Source: Actinomycetes bacterium (lineage in GTDB: Bacteria > Actinomycetota > Actinomycetes > Actinomycetales > Cellulomonadaceae). Taken from it: a DNA stretch of 37,802 nucleotides. The first letter of the stretch is position 1, and the number at the start of each line of letters is the position of its first letter. The notes below the pieces were generated by a model. That model made no database searches and was not told the DNA's origin. It saw only the letters and a program-made list of their open reading frames with translations. The stretch is from positions 1 through 37,802 of the forward strand of contig JAEWQZ010000141.1 in NCBI GenBank assembly GCA_023460255.1, read 5' to 3'. This document shows, one piece after another, positions 17,346 to 30,995 of this stretch. The translations under genes and the position numbers were made by a program.

Positions 17346-17614
17346 GTCCGACGGGCTCCGTTCTGCCGGGTGGGGGTCCGACGACCATGGTACGGCCCCC
17401 GGGCCCTTCGTCCCGGTGGCCACGGACCCCCGTCCACGGAGGGGGCCCGTCCGGCACCGGCCGCCGCTCGCCGGTAGGCTCGGGCGAGCGGGCCGACGGA
17501 CCGGTGAGCGCCCCGTCCGCCGGTCGGCCTGACGGTTGCGGCCGCGGTCGAGACGACAGGCACGCCGCCCCACCCACGACCCCGGACGTGTGCTCCGGGC
17601 AGGAATGAGGAGCT

Positions 17615-19798
17615 GTGAACACGACGCCCACCACCGGGCCCGCCGGTGTCGACTGGACCGACCTCGACGCCCGTGCCGTCGACACCCTGCGGGTGCTCGC
17701 CGCCGACGCCGTGCAGAAGGTCGGCAACGGCCACCCCGGTACCGCGATGAGCCTCGCCCCGGCCGCGTACCTGCTGTTCCAGCACTTCCTGCGGCACGAC
17801 CCCAACGACCCGCAGTGGGCGGGGCGTGACCGGTTCGTGCTGTCGGCGGGGCACTCCTCGCTGACGCTCTACCTCCAGCTCTTCGCCTCGGGGTACCCGC
17901 TCACGCTCGACGACCTCAAGGCCCTGCGCACGTGGGGGTCGAAGACGCCCGGCCACCCCGAGTACATGCACACCGAGGGTGTCGAGATCACCACGGGACC
18001 GCTCGGCCAGGGCCTCGCGTCCGCCGTCGGCATGGCGATGGCGGCCCGGCGCGAGCGCGGCCTGTTCGACCCGGAGGCCGCGCCCGGCACGAGCCCGTTC
18101 GACCACACGATCTGGGTGATCGCCAGCGACGGCGACCTCATGGAGGGTGTCACCTCCGAGGCGTCGTCGCTCGCCGGCCACCAGGAGCTCGGCAACCTCG
18201 TCGTGATCTACGACGACAACCACATCTCCATCGAGGACGACACCGACGTCTCCTTCAGCGAGGACGTCCTCGCCCGCTACGCCTCGTACGGCTGGCACAC
18301 GCAGCGCGTGGACTGGACCAACGGCGGCACCGGCTACGTCGAGGACGTCCAGGCGCTCGCCGCGGCGTTCGAGGCGGCGCGCGGGGAGACGGGCCGGCCC
18401 TCGATCATCTCGCTGCGCACGATCATCGGCTGGCCCTCGCCGAACAAGAAGGACACCGGCGGCATCCACGGCTCCGCGCTGGGCGACGCCGAGGTGCGTG
18501 CCCTGAAGGAGGTTGTCGGCTTCGACCCGGAGCGCACCTTCCAGGTCGACGACGAGGTGATCGCCCACGCGCGCAAGGTCGCCGACCGCGGTGCCGCCGC
18601 CCACGCCGAGTGGGACCACTCCTTCGCCGACTGGCGGACGGCGCAGGCCGCGCGCGCCGAGCTCTTCGACCGGCTCGCCGCACGGCGGCTCCCGGCCGGA
18701 TGGGCCGAGGCCCTGCCCGTGTTCCCGGCCGGCAAGGCCGTGGCCACGCGGTCGGCGTCGGGCAAGGTCCTGTCCGCGCTCGCACCGGTGCTGCCGGAGC
18801 TGTGGGGTGGCTCGGCCGACCTGGCCGGGTCGAACAACACGACGATGGACGGCGAGCCGTCGTTCCTGCCCGCGCGACGCAGCACCCGCTCGTTCCAGGG
18901 CGACGAGTACGGCCGCACCCTGCACTTCGGCATCCGTGAGCATGCGATGGGCTCGATCCTCAACGGCATCGCGCTGCACGGCGGCACGCGTCCCTACGGC
19001 GGCACGTTCCTCGTGTTCAGCGACTACATGCGCCCGGCCGTGCGCCTCGCCGCGCTCATGAAGCTGCCCGTCACGTTCGTCTGGACGCACGACTCCATCG
19101 GTCTCGGCGAGGACGGCCCCACCCACCAGCCCGTCGAGCACCTGGCAGCGCTGCGGGCGATCCCGGGCCTGGACGTCGTCCGCCCGGCCGACGCGAACGA
19201 GACGGCCTGGGCCTGGCGCACGATCCTCGAGCGCACCGACCACCCGGCGGGCCTCATCCTCACCCGGCAGAACGTGCCCACGGTCGAGCGCGGCGACGGG
19301 CCGGCCACCGGCGACACGCTCGCCGCGGCCGACGGCGTCGCCCGCGGTGCCTACGTGCTCGCCGAGGCGGCGGGCGGCGCGCCCGACGTGATCCTGCTCG
19401 CCACGGGCTCCGAGGTGCAGATCGCCCTCGCGGCACGCGAGGAGCTGGCCGCGAGCGGGATCGGCGCACGCGTCGTCTCGGTGCCGTGCCGTGAGTGGTT
19501 CGACGAGCAGGACGCCGCCTACCGCGAGTCGGTCCTCCCGGCCGGCGTGCGTGCTCGTGTCTCGGTCGAGGCCGCCGTCGCGCAGGGCTGGCGGGAGCTG
19601 GTCGGCGACGCCGGCCGGTGCATCTCCCTCGAGCACTTCGGCGCCTCGGCCGACTTCGAGCGGCTCTACACCGAGTTCGGCATCACGCCGGAGGCGGTCG
19701 TGGCGGCTGCCCGGGCGTCGCTCGCGGACGTCGCGGCCGGCACGGCCACGCCCGGCGGTCCGCCCCGCAGCACCGAGGGCGGCGCCGGCGACATCTGA
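17615..19798 (+). CDS. tkt: Transketolase
   Basis: [31 protein letters not shown] and GEDGPTHQP motifs. Confidence 0.98.
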   Translation: MNTTPTTGPAGVDWTDLDARAVDTLRVLAADAVQKVGNGHPGTAMSLAPAAYLLFQHFLRHDPNDPQWAGRDRFVLSAGHSSLTLYLQLFASGYPLTLDDLKALRTWGSKTPGHPEYMHTEGVEITTGPLGQGLASAVGMAMAARRERGLFDPEAAPGTSPFDHTIWVIASDGDLMEGVTSEASSLAGHQELGNLVVIYDDNHISIEDDTDVSFSEDVLARYASYGWHTQRVDWTNGGTGYVEDVQALAAAFEAARGETGRPSIISLRTIIGWPSPNKKDTGGIHGSALGDAEVRALKEVVGFDPERTFQVDDEVIAHARKVADRGAAAHAEWDHSFADWRTAQAARAELFDRLAARRLPAGWAEALPVFPAGKAVATRSASGKVLSALAPVLPELWGGSADLAGSNNTTMDGEPSFLPARRSTRSFQGDEYGRTLHFGIREHAMGSILNGIALHGGTRPYGGTFLVFSDYMRPAVRLAALMKLPVTFVWTHDSIGLGEDGPTHQPVEHLAALRAIPGLDVVRPADANETAWAWRTILERTDHPAGLILTRQNVPTVERGDGPATGDTLAAADGVARGAYVLAEAAGGAPDVILLATGSEVQIALAAREELAASGIGARVVSVPCREWFDEQDAAYRESVLPAGVRARVSVEAAVAQGWRELVGDAGRCISLEHFGASADFERLYTEFGITPEAVVAAARASLADVAAGTATPGGPPRSTEGGAGDI

Positions 19799-19865
19799 CA
19801 CACCCACTGACGACGCCCGGCCGTCATCCGACGGCGGCCGGGCCCCGACAGCGAGGAGCACCGGT

Positions 19866-21002
19866 ATGACCGATCACAGCACAGCCGTCGGGCGCGCCAC
19901 GCCCAGCGGCATCCGGCTCCTCACCGAGGCGGGTGTCGCGATCTGGCTGGACGACCTGTCCCGGGAGCTGATCCCGGACGGGCTCGCGACGCTGGTGGCC
20001 GAACGGGGCGTCGTCGGGGTGACGACGAACCCGACGATCTTCGCGTCCGCCCTCGCCAAGGGCGACGCCTACGACGCCCAGCTCTCCGCGCTCGCCGCTG
20101 CCGGTACGGACGTCGACGAGGCGGTGTTCCGCATCACGACGGACGACGTCCGTGCCGCGTGCGACGTCCTCGCGCCGGTGCACGAGAAGACCGACGGGCT
20201 CGACGGGCGGGTGTCCATCGAGGTGGACCCGCGCCTGGCTCGGGACACCGACGCCACCCTGGCCAGCGCGCGCCGGCTGTGGCGGACCGTCGACCGTCCC
20301 AACCTGTTCATCAAGATCCCCGCGACGGTCGAGGGCCTGCCCGCGATCACGGCAGCGGTCGCCGAGGGCATCTCGGTGAACGTGACGTTGATCTTCTCCC
20401 TCGAGCGCTACCGCGCGGTGATCGACGCGTACCGCGCAGGTCTCGAGCAGGCGCGTGCGGCGGGTCGCGAGCTGGCGGCCATCGAGTCCGTGGCCTCGTT
20501 CTTCGTCTCCCGCGTCGACTCGTCGGTGGACGCCCGCCTGGACGAGCTGGGGACCGATGAGGCTGCGGCCCTACGCGGGTCGGTCGCCGTCGCGAACGCG
20601 CGGCTGGCGTACCGCCAGCACGTCGAGAGCCTCGCGACGCCGCAGTGGCGCGAGCTGCTTGACGCCGGGGCCCGCCCGCAGCGCCCGCTCTGGGCGTCGA
20701 CGGGCGTGAAGGACCCCGCCTACCCCGACACCCTCTACGTCGACGAGCTCGTGGCCCCCGGGGTGGTCAACACCATGCCGCGCGCCACGCTGGAGGCGGT
20801 CGCCGACCACGGCTCCGCCGGCGACGACGCCGTCACCGGCGCCTACGACGACGCCGCCGATCGGCTGGCGCGGCTCGCCGCACTGGGCATCGACCTCGAC
20901 GAGGTGACGGACCGGCTGGAGACCGAGGGCGTCGAGAAGTTCGTCGCCAGCTGGGACGACCTCCTCGGCACCGTGCGTGCCGGCCTCGAGGCGGCCCGGT
21001 GA
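19866..21002 (+). CDS. tal: Transaldolase
   Basis: [32 protein letters not shown] and PLWAST motifs; GAGGAG RBS. Confidence 0.97.
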   Translation: MTDHSTAVGRATPSGIRLLTEAGVAIWLDDLSRELIPDGLATLVAERGVVGVTTNPTIFASALAKGDAYDAQLSALAAAGTDVDEAVFRITTDDVRAACDVLAPVHEKTDGLDGRVSIEVDPRLARDTDATLASARRLWRTVDRPNLFIKIPATVEGLPAITAAVAEGISVNVTLIFSLERYRAVIDAYRAGLEQARAAGRELAAIESVASFFVSRVDSSVDARLDELGTDEAAALRGSVAVANARLAYRQHVESLATPQWRELLDAGARPQRPLWASTGVKDPAYPDTLYVDELVAPGVVNTMPRATLEAVADHGSAGDDAVTGAYDDAADRLARLAALGIDLDEVTDRLETEGVEKFVASWDDLLGTVRAGLEAAR

Positions 21003-22555
21003 GCATCGGGTCCCAGGTGGGCGACGTGGCCGCCGCACCGGTCAACCCCCTACGCGACCCGCGTGACAGGCGCCTGCCGCGCATCGCCGGACCCTGCGGT
21101 CTGGTCATCTTCGGCGTCACGGGCGACCTCGCCCGCCGCAAGCTCATGCCTGCCGTCTACGACCTCGCCAACCGGGGCCTGCTGCCTCCCGGCTTCGCCC
21201 TCACCGGCTTCGCCCGGCGGGACTGGGCGACGCAGGACTTCGCCCAGGTCGTGCACGACGCCGTCAAGGAGAACGCTCGCACACCGTTCCGCGAGGCGGT
21301 GTGGGAGCAGCTCGCCGAGGGCATCCGGTTCGTCCAGGGCGAGTTCGACGACGACGAGGCGTTCGACAGGCTGCACACCACGGTGGCCGAGCTGGACGCA
21401 GAGCGCGGCACGGGCGGCAACCACGCGTTCTACCTGTCCGTCCCGCCCCGCGAGTTCCCCCTCGTGTGCCGCCAGCTCGCCCGGTCGGGCCTGTCGCAGC
21501 AGCCCGACGGAGCCTGGCGGCGCGTCGTCGTCGAGAAGCCCTTCGGGCACGACCTCGCCAGCGCCCGGGAGCTCAACGAGGTCGTCTCGGCGGTGTTCAA
21601 CCCGGAGTCGGTGTTCCGCATCGACCACTACCTGGGCAAGGAGACCGTGCAGAACATGCTGGCGCTGCGGTTCGCCAACCAGCTGTTCGAGCCGATCTGG
21701 AACGCCCACTACGTCGACCACGTGCAGATCACGATGGCGGAGGACATCGGGATCGGCGGCCGCGCCGGCTACTACGACGGCATCGGCGCCGCGCGCGACG
21801 TGATCCAGAACCACCTCCTCCAGCTCCTCGCCCTCACCGCGATGGAGGAGCCGGTCTCCTTCGGCGCCCACGACCTGCGCGCCGAGAAGGAGAAGGTGCT
21901 CTCCGCCGTCCGGCTGCCCAAGGACCTCGCCGCACACACGGCACGCGGCCAGTACGCCGCGGGCTGGCAGGGCGGTGAGGAGGTCGTGGGGTACCTCGAC
22001 GAGAAGGGGATCACCCCCGACTCGATCACGGAGACCTACGCGGCGATCCGGCTCGACATCGACACCCGGCGCTGGGCCGGCGTCCCGTTCTACCTGCGCA
22101 CGGGAAAGCGGCTCGGGCGACGGGTCACCGAGGTGGCGGTCGTCTTCAAGAAGGCCCCGCACCTGCCGTTCGAGTCCACGGCGACCCGCGAGCTGGGCAA
22201 CAACGCCCTGGTCATCCGCGTGCAGCCCGACGAGGGCGTGACCATCAGGTTCGGCGAGAAGGTGCCCGGGACGTCGATGGAGGTCCGCGACGTCACGATG
22301 GACTTCGGCTACGGGCACGCGTTCACCGAGTCCTCCCCGGAGGCCTACGAGCGGCTCATCCTCGACGTCCTCCTCGGCGACCCTCCCCTGTTCCCGCGCC
22401 ACCGCGAGGTCGAGCTGTCGTGGATGATCCTCGACCCCATCACGCAGTTCTGGGCGGGTCAGGGCCAGCCCGAGCCGTACCGCTCCGGCACGTGGGGGCC
22501 CCCGTCGGCCGACGCGATGATGGCTCGGGACGGCCGCACGTGGCGGCGACCGTGA
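20999..22555 (+). CDS. zwf: Glucose-6-phosphate 1-dehydrogenase
   Basis: [25 protein letters not shown] and RDVIQNHL motifs. Confidence 0.98.
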   Translation: MSIGSQVGDVAAAPVNPLRDPRDRRLPRIAGPCGLVIFGVTGDLARRKLMPAVYDLANRGLLPPGFALTGFARRDWATQDFAQVVHDAVKENARTPFREAVWEQLAEGIRFVQGEFDDDEAFDRLHTTVAELDAERGTGGNHAFYLSVPPREFPLVCRQLARSGLSQQPDGAWRRVVVEKPFGHDLASARELNEVVSAVFNPESVFRIDHYLGKETVQNMLALRFANQLFEPIWNAHYVDHVQITMAEDIGIGGRAGYYDGIGAARDVIQNHLLQLLALTAMEEPVSFGAHDLRAEKEKVLSAVRLPKDLAAHTARGQYAAGWQGGEEVVGYLDEKGITPDSITETYAAIRLDIDTRRWAGVPFYLRTGKRLGRRVTEVAVVFKKAPHLPFESTATRELGNNALVIRVQPDEGVTIRFGEKVPGTSMEVRDVTMDFGYGHAFTESSPEAYERLILDVLLGDPPLFPRHREVELSWMILDPITQFWAGQGQPEPYRSGTWGPPSADAMMARDGRTWRRP

Positions 22556-22580
22556 ACGGGCGAGCGAAGGGAGTGGCCGC

Positions 22581-23501
22581 ATGATCGTCGACCTGCCCGA
22601 CACGACGACCGGAGAGGTCGCCAAGCGCCTGGTCAACCTCCGCGAGGAGGGCGGCGCCGTCGCCCTCGGCCGGGTCCTGACGCTCGTCATCGACGCGCAA
22701 GCCGACGACGTCGAGGAGGCCGTCGCGGTGACGAACGACGTCAGCCGCGAGCACCCGATGCGCGTCATCGTCCTCGCCCGGCACGCCGAGGGCCGCGACG
22801 GACCGCGGATGGACGCGCAGATCCGCGTCGGCGGCGACGCCGGTGCGAGCGAGGTCGTCCTGCTCCAGGCGTCCGGCGACATGCTCGCGCACAGCGACAC
22901 CCTCGTGGTCCCGCTCCTCCTGCCGGACGCCCCGATCGTCGCCTGGTGGCCACGCGAGATCCCGGTCCGGCCGGCCGAGCACCCGATCGGACGGATGGCC
23001 CAGCGCCGGATCACCGACTCCCTGGCCTGCGCGGACCCGGTCGGCACGCTCAAGCGTCTCCGGGACGGCTACACCGATGGGGACACCGACCTGGCCTGGA
23101 CACGCCTGACCATCTGGCGGGGCCTTCTCGCCGCCGCCTTCGACCTGCCGCCGCGCGAGCCGGTCACCGCCGCGGCGGTGACCGGCGACGCCAGGCACCC
23201 CTCGTTGCACCTGCTCGGGGCCTGGCTGGCGCTCACGCTGGACTGTCCCGTCGAGGTGAGGGGCGCCCCGGACGCCGTCGGGATCACCCAGGTGCGGATC
23301 GACCGTCCGTCGGGGCCCGTCGAGATCGAGCGGCCCGACGGGCGCCGGGCGACGCTGCACCACCCGGAGCAGCCGGTCCGCCACGTCGCGATGCCGTTGC
23401 GCGAGCTGCGCGAGTGCCTCTCGGAGGACCTGCGCCGGCTCGACGCCGACGAGGTCTACGGCGAGGTGCTCCGGACAGGCCTGGCGCGGGTGCTGCGATG
23501 A
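22581..23501 (+). CDS. opcA: G6PDH assembly protein OpcA
   Basis: REHPMRVI, PLLLPDAPIVAWWP and DLAWTRLTIWR motifs; follows zwf. Confidence 0.95.
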   Translation: MIVDLPDTTTGEVAKRLVNLREEGGAVALGRVLTLVIDAQADDVEEAVAVTNDVSREHPMRVIVLARHAEGRDGPRMDAQIRVGGDAGASEVVLLQASGDMLAHSDTLVVPLLLPDAPIVAWWPREIPVRPAEHPIGRMAQRRITDSLACADPVGTLKRLRDGYTDGDTDLAWTRLTIWRGLLAAAFDLPPREPVTAAAVTGDARHPSLHLLGAWLALTLDCPVEVRGAPDAVGITQVRIDRPSGPVEIERPDGRRATLHHPEQPVRHVAMPLRELRECLSEDLRRLDADEVYGEVLRTGLARVLR

Positions 23502-24247
23502 GCGGGCCCGTCGTCGTCGTGCACCCCTCGCCCGACGCGCTCGCCACCGCGACCGCCGCCCGGCTCCTCCTGCGGCTGCTCGACACGCAGTCGCTGCACC
23601 GCCCCGTGCACGTCGTCCTCACCGGCGGCGGCATGGGCACCCGCGTGCTCGCCGAGGTGGCCGCCTCGCCACTGCGCGACGCGGTCGACTGGTCCGGCGT
23701 GCACGTCTGGTGGGGCGACGAGCGCTTCCTGCCGGACGGCGACCCGGAGCGCAACGAGACCCAGGCACGGGCCGCCCTCCTCGACGCCGTCCCACTCCCC
23801 CCGGAGAACGTGCACGCGGTCCCCCCGCTCGGTCCGGGCACACCCACGCCCGAGGACGCGGCCGCCGCGTACGCCGACGCCCTGGCCGGGAGTGCGGGCC
23901 GGTCCGACGACGCCGGGCCCGCGGTCCCCGCGTTCGACCTCCTGCTGCTCGGGGTCGGCCCCGACGGTCACGTCGCGTCGCTCTTCCCCGGCCACGACGC
24001 CGTCGAGGTCACGGGCACGACGACGGTGGCCGTGCACGACTCCCCCAAGCCACCGCCCGAACGGGTCAGCCTCACGCTGCCCGCGATCGAGGCCGCGACG
24101 GAGGTGTGGCTGGTGGTCGCCGGCGCGGACAAGGCCGAGGCCGTCGGCCGCGCCCTCGCCGGCGCCGACCCGCGCGAGGTGCCCGCGGCTGCGGTCCGCG
24201 GGCGCACACGCACCCTCTGGCTGCTCGACGTCGCGGCGGCGGGGTGA
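23498..24247 (+). CDS. pgl: 6-phosphogluconolactonase
   Basis: LTGGGMG, WWGDERF, LLGVGPDGHVASLFP and SPKPPPERVSLT motifs. Confidence 0.96.
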   Translation: MSGPVVVVHPSPDALATATAARLLLRLLDTQSLHRPVHVVLTGGGMGTRVLAEVAASPLRDAVDWSGVHVWWGDERFLPDGDPERNETQARAALLDAVPLPPENVHAVPPLGPGTPTPEDAAAAYADALAGSAGRSDDAGPAVPAFDLLLLGVGPDGHVASLFPGHDAVEVTGTTTVAVHDSPKPPPERVSLTLPAIEAATEVWLVVAGADKAEAVGRALAGADPREVPAAAVRGRTRTLWLLDVAAAG

Positions 24248-24945
24248 GCCGCCCACCGGGGGACGGGGCCGCCGTGCCGGGGCCGGACACGTGGCGCGCC
24301 GTCGATGACTACCTCGCCCCGCTCGTCGCGGAGGACGACGCCCTGCGGGCCGCCAACGACGCCGCAGCCCGTGCCGGGCTCCCGGCGATCCAGGTCTCCG
24401 CGGCGCAGGGGCGGATGCTCAGCCTGCTCGCGCGCATCCACGGCGCCCGGCGCGCGCTCGAGGTCGGCACCCTCGCCGGCTACAGCACGATCTGGCTGAC
24501 CCGCGGGCTCACCGGCCCGGGTCGGCACGTGACGACTGTCGAGCTCGACCCCCGGCACGCGGAGGTCGCCCGCGCCAACCTCGACCGCGCCGGGCTGGCC
24601 GACGTCGTCGACGTGCGGGTCGGCCGGGGTGTGGACGTGCTCGCCCAGCTCACGTCGGAGGGGGCGGAGCCGTACGACATCGTCTTCATCGACGCCGACA
24701 AGCCCTCCAACACGGCGTACCTGAAGGCCGCCCTGGCCCTCACCACGCCCGGCGCGGTGATCGTCGTCGACAACGTCGTGCGGGGCGGGGCGCTCGCCGA
24801 CGCGGCGACCGGTGACGACCGCGTGGCCGGGTCGCGCTCCGTCGTCGAGGCCGTCGCTGCCGACCCGTCCCTGGACGGGACCGTCATCCAGACGGTCGGG
24901 ACGAAGGGCTACGACGGGTTCCTGCTGATCCGTCGCACGGCCTGA
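24244..24945 (+). CDS. SAM-dependent O-methyltransferase (caffeoyl-CoA OMT-like family)
   Basis: LEVGTLAGYS, VFIDADK, IVVDNV and KGYDGF motifs; GTGA overlap with pgl. Confidence 0.92.
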   Translation: MSRPPGDGAAVPGPDTWRAVDDYLAPLVAEDDALRAANDAAARAGLPAIQVSAAQGRMLSLLARIHGARRALEVGTLAGYSTIWLTRGLTGPGRHVTTVELDPRHAEVARANLDRAGLADVVDVRVGRGVDVLAQLTSEGAEPYDIVFIDADKPSNTAYLKAALALTTPGAVIVVDNVVRGGALADAATGDDRVAGSRSVVEAVAADPSLDGTVIQTVGTKGYDGFLLIRRTA

Positions 24946-24963
24946 TCGGCCGGCAGGCCAGCC

Positions 24964-25311
24964 TCAGCCGCCGCGACGGGCGCGCAGCGCGGCGAGGGCC
25001 TCGTCGAGGATCGCGGCGCCGTCCTCGTCGCTGCGCCGCTCCTTCACGTACGCCAGGTGCGTCTTGTACGGCTCGTTGCGGACCGGCTCCGGCGGCGCGT
25101 CCTTGTCCCGCCCGGCCGGGAACCCGCAGCGCGGGCAGTCCCAGCTCTCCGGGGCCTCCACGCCGGCCTCCTCGGAGAAGCTCGGCCGCGTCTCGTGCCC
25201 GTTCGCGCACCAGTACGACACCCAGAACCGCGGGGCTGCCTCGCCGCGCTCGGCCTCACCCATCGGGCCGGCGCCGACGCGCGAGCCCCTGATCGCGCTA
25301 CCACTCGCCAT
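24964..25311 (-). CDS. rbpA: RNA polymerase-binding protein RbpA
   Basis: AIRGSRVG, YWCANGH, WDCPRCG and KTHLAYVKERRS motifs. Confidence 0.95.
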   Translation of the reverse strand: MASGSAIRGSRVGAGPMGEAERGEAAPRFWVSYWCANGHETRPSFSEEAGVEAPESWDCPRCGFPAGRDKDAPPEPVRNEPYKTHLAYVKERRSDEDGAAILDEALAALRARRGG

Positions 25312-25321
25312 GTCTACGTCC

Positions 25322-25564
25322 TCAGCTCACGCGCTGGAGCAGACCCAGCAGGATGATCACGAGCGTCCACACGAGGGCCAGGCCCACCGTGATGCGGTTG
25401 AGGTTCTTCTCCGCCACGCCGGAGCTGCCCGCGCCGCTCGACATGCCGCCGCCGAACATGTCGGACAGGCCACCGCCGCGCCCCTTGTGGAGCAGCACCA
25501 GCAGCACCACGAGGATGCTGGTCAGGACCAGCAGGGCTTGCAGAACGATGCGCAGTGCGTCCAC
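25322..25564 (-). CDS. secG: Preprotein translocase subunit SecG
   Basis: LLHKGRGGGLSDMFGGG...AEKNLNRIT with two TM segments. Confidence 0.96.
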   Translation of the reverse strand: MDALRIVLQALLVLTSILVVLLVLLHKGRGGGLSDMFGGGMSSGAGSSGVAEKNLNRITVGLALVWTLVIILLGLLQRVS

Positions 25565-25634
25565 GAACGGTCCTTCGCTGTCTGGGGGCGCCGTGACTCG
25601 CGGCGCTGGTCAAGGATACGCGAACCGTCGCCGG

Positions 25635-25674
25635 TCCTGGCCCCGCCCGGCGAACGCGCGCCGGGCGGGGCCAG
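25635..25674 (-). terminator. Perfect 18-bp inverted repeat after tpiA
   Basis: TCCTGGCCCCGCCCGGCG-AACG-CGCCGGGCGGGGCCAGGA. Confidence 0.75.
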
Positions 25675-25683
25675 GAGCAGCGC

Positions 25684-26481
25684 TCAGCCCACTGCGTGCG
25701 ACTGGTACCGCACGATGCGGGCGAACTCCTCTGGGTCGAGGCTGGCGCCCCCGACGAGGGCCCCGTCGACATCGGTCTCGGCCATGATGGCCGCGATGTT
25801 GCCGGACTTCACCGAGCCGCCGTAGAGCACCCGGACGCCGTCGGCGATCTCGGACGAGTACAGCTCGGCCAGCCGGCCCCGGATGGCCCCGCAGACCTCC
25901 TGCGCGTCGGCCGGCGTGGCGACCTCGCCGGTGCCGATCGCCCACACGGGCTCGTAGGCGATGACGACCCGGGCCGCCTGCTCGGCAGTCAGCCCTGCCA
26001 GCGAGCCGTCGAGCTGGGCGAGCGTGTACTCGACCTGCCGCCCCTCCTTACGGACGTCCAGACCCTCCCCGACGCAGACGATCGGCACGAGGTCCTGACC
26101 GAAGGCCGAGCGGGCCTTGGCCGCGACGGTGGCGTCGTCCTCGCCGTGGTACTCGCGGCGCTCGGAGTGGCCGACCACGACGTACCGGCAGCCCAGCCGG
26201 GCCAGCATCACCGGCGAGATCTCGCCGGTGTAGGCGCCCTCGGTGTGCGCCGACACGTCCTGGGCGCCGTAGGCGATCTCCAGCCGGTCCGCGTCGACCA
26301 GGGTCTGCACCGACCGCAGGTCGGTGAAGGGGACCATCACGGCCACCTCGACCGCCCCGAAGTCGTGCCGGGCGTCCTTGAGGAGCCAGGCGAGCTTCTG
26401 CACGGTGTGGGTCGCCTGGTGGTGGTCCAGGTTCATCTTCCAGTTGCCCGCCATCAGCGGCGTGCGTGCGCTCTCCCCCAC
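25684..26481 (-). CDS. tpiA: Triosephosphate isomerase
   Basis: [24 protein letters not shown] and LVGGASL motifs. Confidence 0.98.
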   Translation of the reverse strand: MGESARTPLMAGNWKMNLDHHQATHTVQKLAWLLKDARHDFGAVEVAVMVPFTDLRSVQTLVDADRLEIAYGAQDVSAHTEGAYTGEISPVMLARLGCRYVVVGHSERREYHGEDDATVAAKARSAFGQDLVPIVCVGEGLDVRKEGRQVEYTLAQLDGSLAGLTAEQAARVVIAYEPVWAIGTGEVATPADAQEVCGAIRGRLAELYSSEIADGVRVLYGGSVKSGNIAAIMAETDVDGALVGGASLDPEEFARIVRYQSHAVG

Positions 26482-26485
26482 GCGA

Positions 26486-27676
26486 TCAGTCCTCCAGGAC
26501 AGCGATGCCGGGGAGGGTCTTGCCCTCGAGGAGCTCCAGGCTGGCGCCGCCACCGGTGGAGATGTGGCCGAACGCGGCCTCGTCGAAGCCGAGCTTGCGC
26601 ACGGCCGCCGCGGAGTCGCCGCCGCCGACGATCGAGAAGCCCTCGGAGTCCACGAGCGCCTGGGCGACGGCCCGGGTGCCCTCGGCGAACGCGGGGATCT
26701 CGAACACGCCCACGGGGCCGTTCCAGGCGATGGTGCGGGCCGAGAGGATCGCCTCGCGGAAGAGCTCGCGGGACCGCGGGCCGATGTCCAGGCCCATCTT
26801 GTCGGCGGGGATCGCGTCGGCCGCGACGACCTCGCCCACGGCGTCGGGCGACAGAGCCTCCGCGACGACGACGTCCACGGGCAGCACGATGTCCACGCCG
26901 CGCTCCGCCGCCTTCGCCAGGTAGCCCTTGACCGTCTCGACCTGGTCCTCCTCGAGCAGGGAGGTGCCGACCTCGTAGCCCTTGGCGGCGAGGAAGGTGA
27001 AGACCATGCCGCCGCCGATGGCCAGCCGGTCCGCCTTCTCGATGAGGTTCGAGATCACGCCGAGCTTGTCGGAGACCTTCGATCCACCGAGGACGACGAC
27101 GTACGGCCGCTCGGGGTCGTCGGTCGCCTTGCGCAGCGACTCGACCTCGAGCTGCACGAGGTAGCCGGCCGCGTGCGGTAGCCGCAGGGCCACGTCGTAC
27201 ACGGACGCCTGCTTGCGGTGCACGACACCGAAGCCGTCCGACACGAAGGCGTCGGCGAGGGCGACGAGCTCGTCGGCCAGCTCGCCACGGACCGCGTCGT
27301 CCTTGGAGGTCTCGCGCGCGTCGAAGCGGATGTTCTCCAGCAGCGCGATCTCGCCGTCCTCGAGCGCGGCGACGGTGGCCTTGGCCGACTCGCCGACCAC
27401 GTCCTGCGCGAGGGCGACGGGCTGACCGAGCAGCTCGCCGAGCCGTGCGGCGACGGGGGCCAGCGAGTACTTGGCCTCGGGCTCGCCCTTCGGCCGGCCC
27501 AGGTGCGCGGTGACGACGACCCGTGCACCACCGTCGAGCAGGGCCTTGAGCGTGGGGATCGCGGCGCGGATGCGGCCGTCGTCGGTGATGGTCGTGCCGT
27601 CGAGCGGCACGTTGAAGTCGGACCGGACGAGGACGCGCTTGCCGCGCAGGTCGCCCAGGCTGTCGATGGTCTTCAC
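26486..27676 (-). CDS. pgk: Phosphoglycerate kinase
   Basis: [22 protein letters not shown] and [11 protein letters not shown] motifs. Confidence 0.98.
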   Translation of the reverse strand: MKTIDSLGDLRGKRVLVRSDFNVPLDGTTITDDGRIRAAIPTLKALLDGGARVVVTAHLGRPKGEPEAKYSLAPVAARLGELLGQPVALAQDVVGESAKATVAALEDGEIALLENIRFDARETSKDDAVRGELADELVALADAFVSDGFGVVHRKQASVYDVALRLPHAAGYLVQLEVESLRKATDDPERPYVVVLGGSKVSDKLGVISNLIEKADRLAIGGGMVFTFLAAKGYEVGTSLLEEDQVETVKGYLAKAAERGVDIVLPVDVVVAEALSPDAVGEVVAADAIPADKMGLDIGPRSRELFREAILSARTIAWNGPVGVFEIPAFAEGTRAVAQALVDSEGFSIVGGGDSAAAVRKLGFDEAAFGHISTGGGASLELLEGKTLPGIAVLED

Positions 27677-27708
27677 GACATCAGCCAATCTGTCGAGGTG
27701 GACATGGC

Positions 27709-27760
27709 TGCGTCCGCGTGCACGCCCCGCCCCGCAGGACGACGCGCGCACGCGGACGCA
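27709..27760 (-). other. Intergenic stem-loop between gap and pgk
   Basis: TGCGTCCGCGTGC (27709-27721) and GCACGCGGACGCA (27748-27760) form a perfect 13-bp inverted repeat. Confidence 0.65.
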
Positions 27761-27781
27761 TGGTGGGTCAGGCGCTTCGGG

Positions 27782-28996
<1,215 letters not shown>

Positions 28997-29977
28997 TCAG
29001 ACGTCGAGCATGTCCGGGGTGAGGCTGGCCTCAGTGTCGGGGATGCCGAGCTCCTCCGCCCGCTTGTCCGCGGTCGCCAGCAGGCGGCGGATCCGGCCCG
29101 CGACGGCGTCCTTCGTCAGCGGCGGGTCGGCCAGCTGCCCGAGCTCCTCGAGCGACGCCTGCTTGTGCTCGAGCCGCAGCCGGCCCGCCTGCTCCAGGTG
29201 CGTCGGCACGTCCTCGCCCAGGATCTCGAACGCGCGCTCGACGCGCGCCCCGGCCGCCACCGCTGCCCGGGCCGACCGGCGCAGGTTGGCGTCGTCGAAG
29301 TTCGCGAGACGGTTCGCCGTACCGCGCACCTCGCGGCGCATCCGGCGCTCCTCCCAGACCAGGACGGCGTCGTGCGCGCCGAGCCTGGTGAGCATCGCCC
29401 CGATCCCGTCACCGTCGCGGATGACGACCCGGTCGACCCCGCGCACCTCACGCGCCTTGGCGGGGATGCCGAGCCGCCGCGCGGCACCGACGAGCGCCAG
29501 GGCCGCCTCCGGGCCGGGGCACGTGACCTCGAGCGCCGCCGACCGGCCGGGCTCCGTCAGCGAGCCGTGCGCCAGGAACGCCCCCCGCCAGGCCGCCTCC
29601 GCCTCGCCCACCCCGCCGGACACGACCTGGGAGGGCAGGCCGCGCACGGGCCGCCCGCGACCGTCGAGCAGCCCGGTCTGCCGGGCCAGCGACTCCCCGT
29701 CCTTGACGACCCGCACGATGTAGCGGGTCCCGCGGCGGATGCCCCCACCGCTGACCACGACGACATCGCTGGTGTGCCCGTAGACCTGCGAGATGAACTG
29801 GCGGAGGCGCCGTGCGGCGGCGCCCGTGTCGAGCTCGGCCTCGATGACGATGCGCCCCGAGATGATGTGCAGCCCGCCCGCGAACCTCAGCATCGCGGCG
29901 ACCTCTGCCTTGCGCCATGACGTGCGTTCCACGGGGAGGGCGGCCAGCTCGTCCTTCACCTGTGCCGTCAACGCCAT
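28997..29977 (-). CDS. whiA: DNA-binding protein WhiA
   Basis: [36 protein letters not shown] and [12 protein letters not shown] motifs. Confidence 0.97.
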   Translation of the reverse strand: MALTAQVKDELAALPVERTSWRKAEVAAMLRFAGGLHIISGRIVIEAELDTGAAARRLRQFISQVYGHTSDVVVVSGGGIRRGTRYIVRVVKDGESLARQTGLLDGRGRPVRGLPSQVVSGGVGEAEAAWRGAFLAHGSLTEPGRSAALEVTCPGPEAALALVGAARRLGIPAKAREVRGVDRVVIRDGDGIGAMLTRLGAHDAVLVWEERRMRREVRGTANRLANFDDANLRRSARAAVAAGARVERAFEILGEDVPTHLEQAGRLRLEHKQASLEELGQLADPPLTKDAVAGRIRRLLATADKRAEELGIPDTEASLTPDMLDV

Positions 29978-29993
29978 GGCGCTCATCCTGCCA

Positions 29994-30995
29994 TCACCGG
30001 TGCCCGACATCGCCCAGCGTCCCCTCGAACGCGTCCCGGTACGCGGCGGCGAGGCGCAGCGCGTCGTGCCGCGCCGTGCCGTCTCCGACCCGCACCTGCC
30101 GCAGCAGCAGCTGCGCCCCGAGGTCCTCCACCTGCTCGTGCATGAGGTCCAGGTCGTCCACCGCTGACGGGTCGGCGACGACGACGTCGAACGTGAGGCC
30201 CGGTGCGTGCGCCGCGACGGCGGCCAGGTGCTGGTGGCACGTCATGCCCCCCACCCGCCCGCTCGCCGGGAACAGGTTCAGGGTGAGGCACCGCCGCGCG
30301 TGCGAGGCACGCACCGCCTCCGCGATCCGGGGGATCGCCAGGTGCGGCAGGACGGAGGTGAACCACGACCCGGGTCCGAGGACGACCCAGTCCGCTTCGG
30401 CGACGGCACCCAGGACCTCGTCGGGCACGGCGGGGTCCGCCGGCGCGAGCCGGATCCGGCACACGTCCCCCGCGGCGCCCGCCACGGCGCTCTGCCCGCG
30501 CACGACGTGCGGCTGCGGTGCTCCCGGAGCCAGGACGTCCGCCTCGATCTCGAGCGGCACCGACGCCACCGGCAGCACCCTGCCCCGCGCGCCCAGCAGC
30601 CGACCGACCCAGTCCAGCCCCGACACGGGGTCGCCGAGGAGCTCCCACAGCGCCGCGATGAGCAGGTTCCCGACGGCGTGGTCGTTCATCTCGCCGTCGG
30701 TGTGGAAACGGTGCTGCATGACGTCGCGCCACAGGCGGCCCCAGTCCGACTCGTCGCAGAGCGCCGAGAGCGCCATCCGCAGGTCCCCTGGGGGCAGGAC
30801 GCCCATCTCGTGCCGGAGGCGGCCGGAGGAGCCGCCGTCGTCCGCCACGGTGACGACGGCCGTGAGCCGCTCGGACATCAGACGCAGGGCCGACAGGCTC
30901 GCGGACAGCCCGTGCCCGCCGCCGAATGCGACGACGGCCGGGCCGGGCCCGGCCGGCCCCGGGTGGGCCTGCCGGGGAGGACGCTGCGCGGTCAC
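29994..30995 (-). CDS. yvcK: UDP-GlcNAc-binding gluconeogenesis factor (YvcK/GlmR/CuvA family)
   Basis: [26 protein letters not shown] and GPGSWFTSV motifs. Confidence 0.95.
   Translation of the reverse strand: MTAQRPPRQAHPGPAGPGPAVVAFGGGHGLSASLSALRLMSERLTAVVTVADDGGSSGRLRHEMGVLPPGDLRMALSALCDESDWGRLWRDVMQHRFHTDGEMNDHAVGNLLIAALWELLGDPVSGLDWVGRLLGARGRVLPVASVPLEIEADVLAPGAPQPHVVRGQSAVAGAAGDVCRIRLAPADPAVPDEVLGAVAEADWVVLGPGSWFTSVLPHLAIPRIAEAVRASHARRCLTLNLFPASGRVGGMTCHQHLAAVAAHAPGLTFDVVVADPSAVDDLDLMHEQVEDLGAQLLLRQVRVGDGTARHDALRLAAAYRDAFEGTLGDVGHR

Noticed and set aside
7354..17805. Apparent long N-terminal extensions or fusions in the ORF track (der 649 aa, plsC 473 aa, xerD 811 aa)
   Set aside because: The extensions overlap upstream genes and are low-complexity; downstream starts with stop/start overlaps or RBS give normal lengths.
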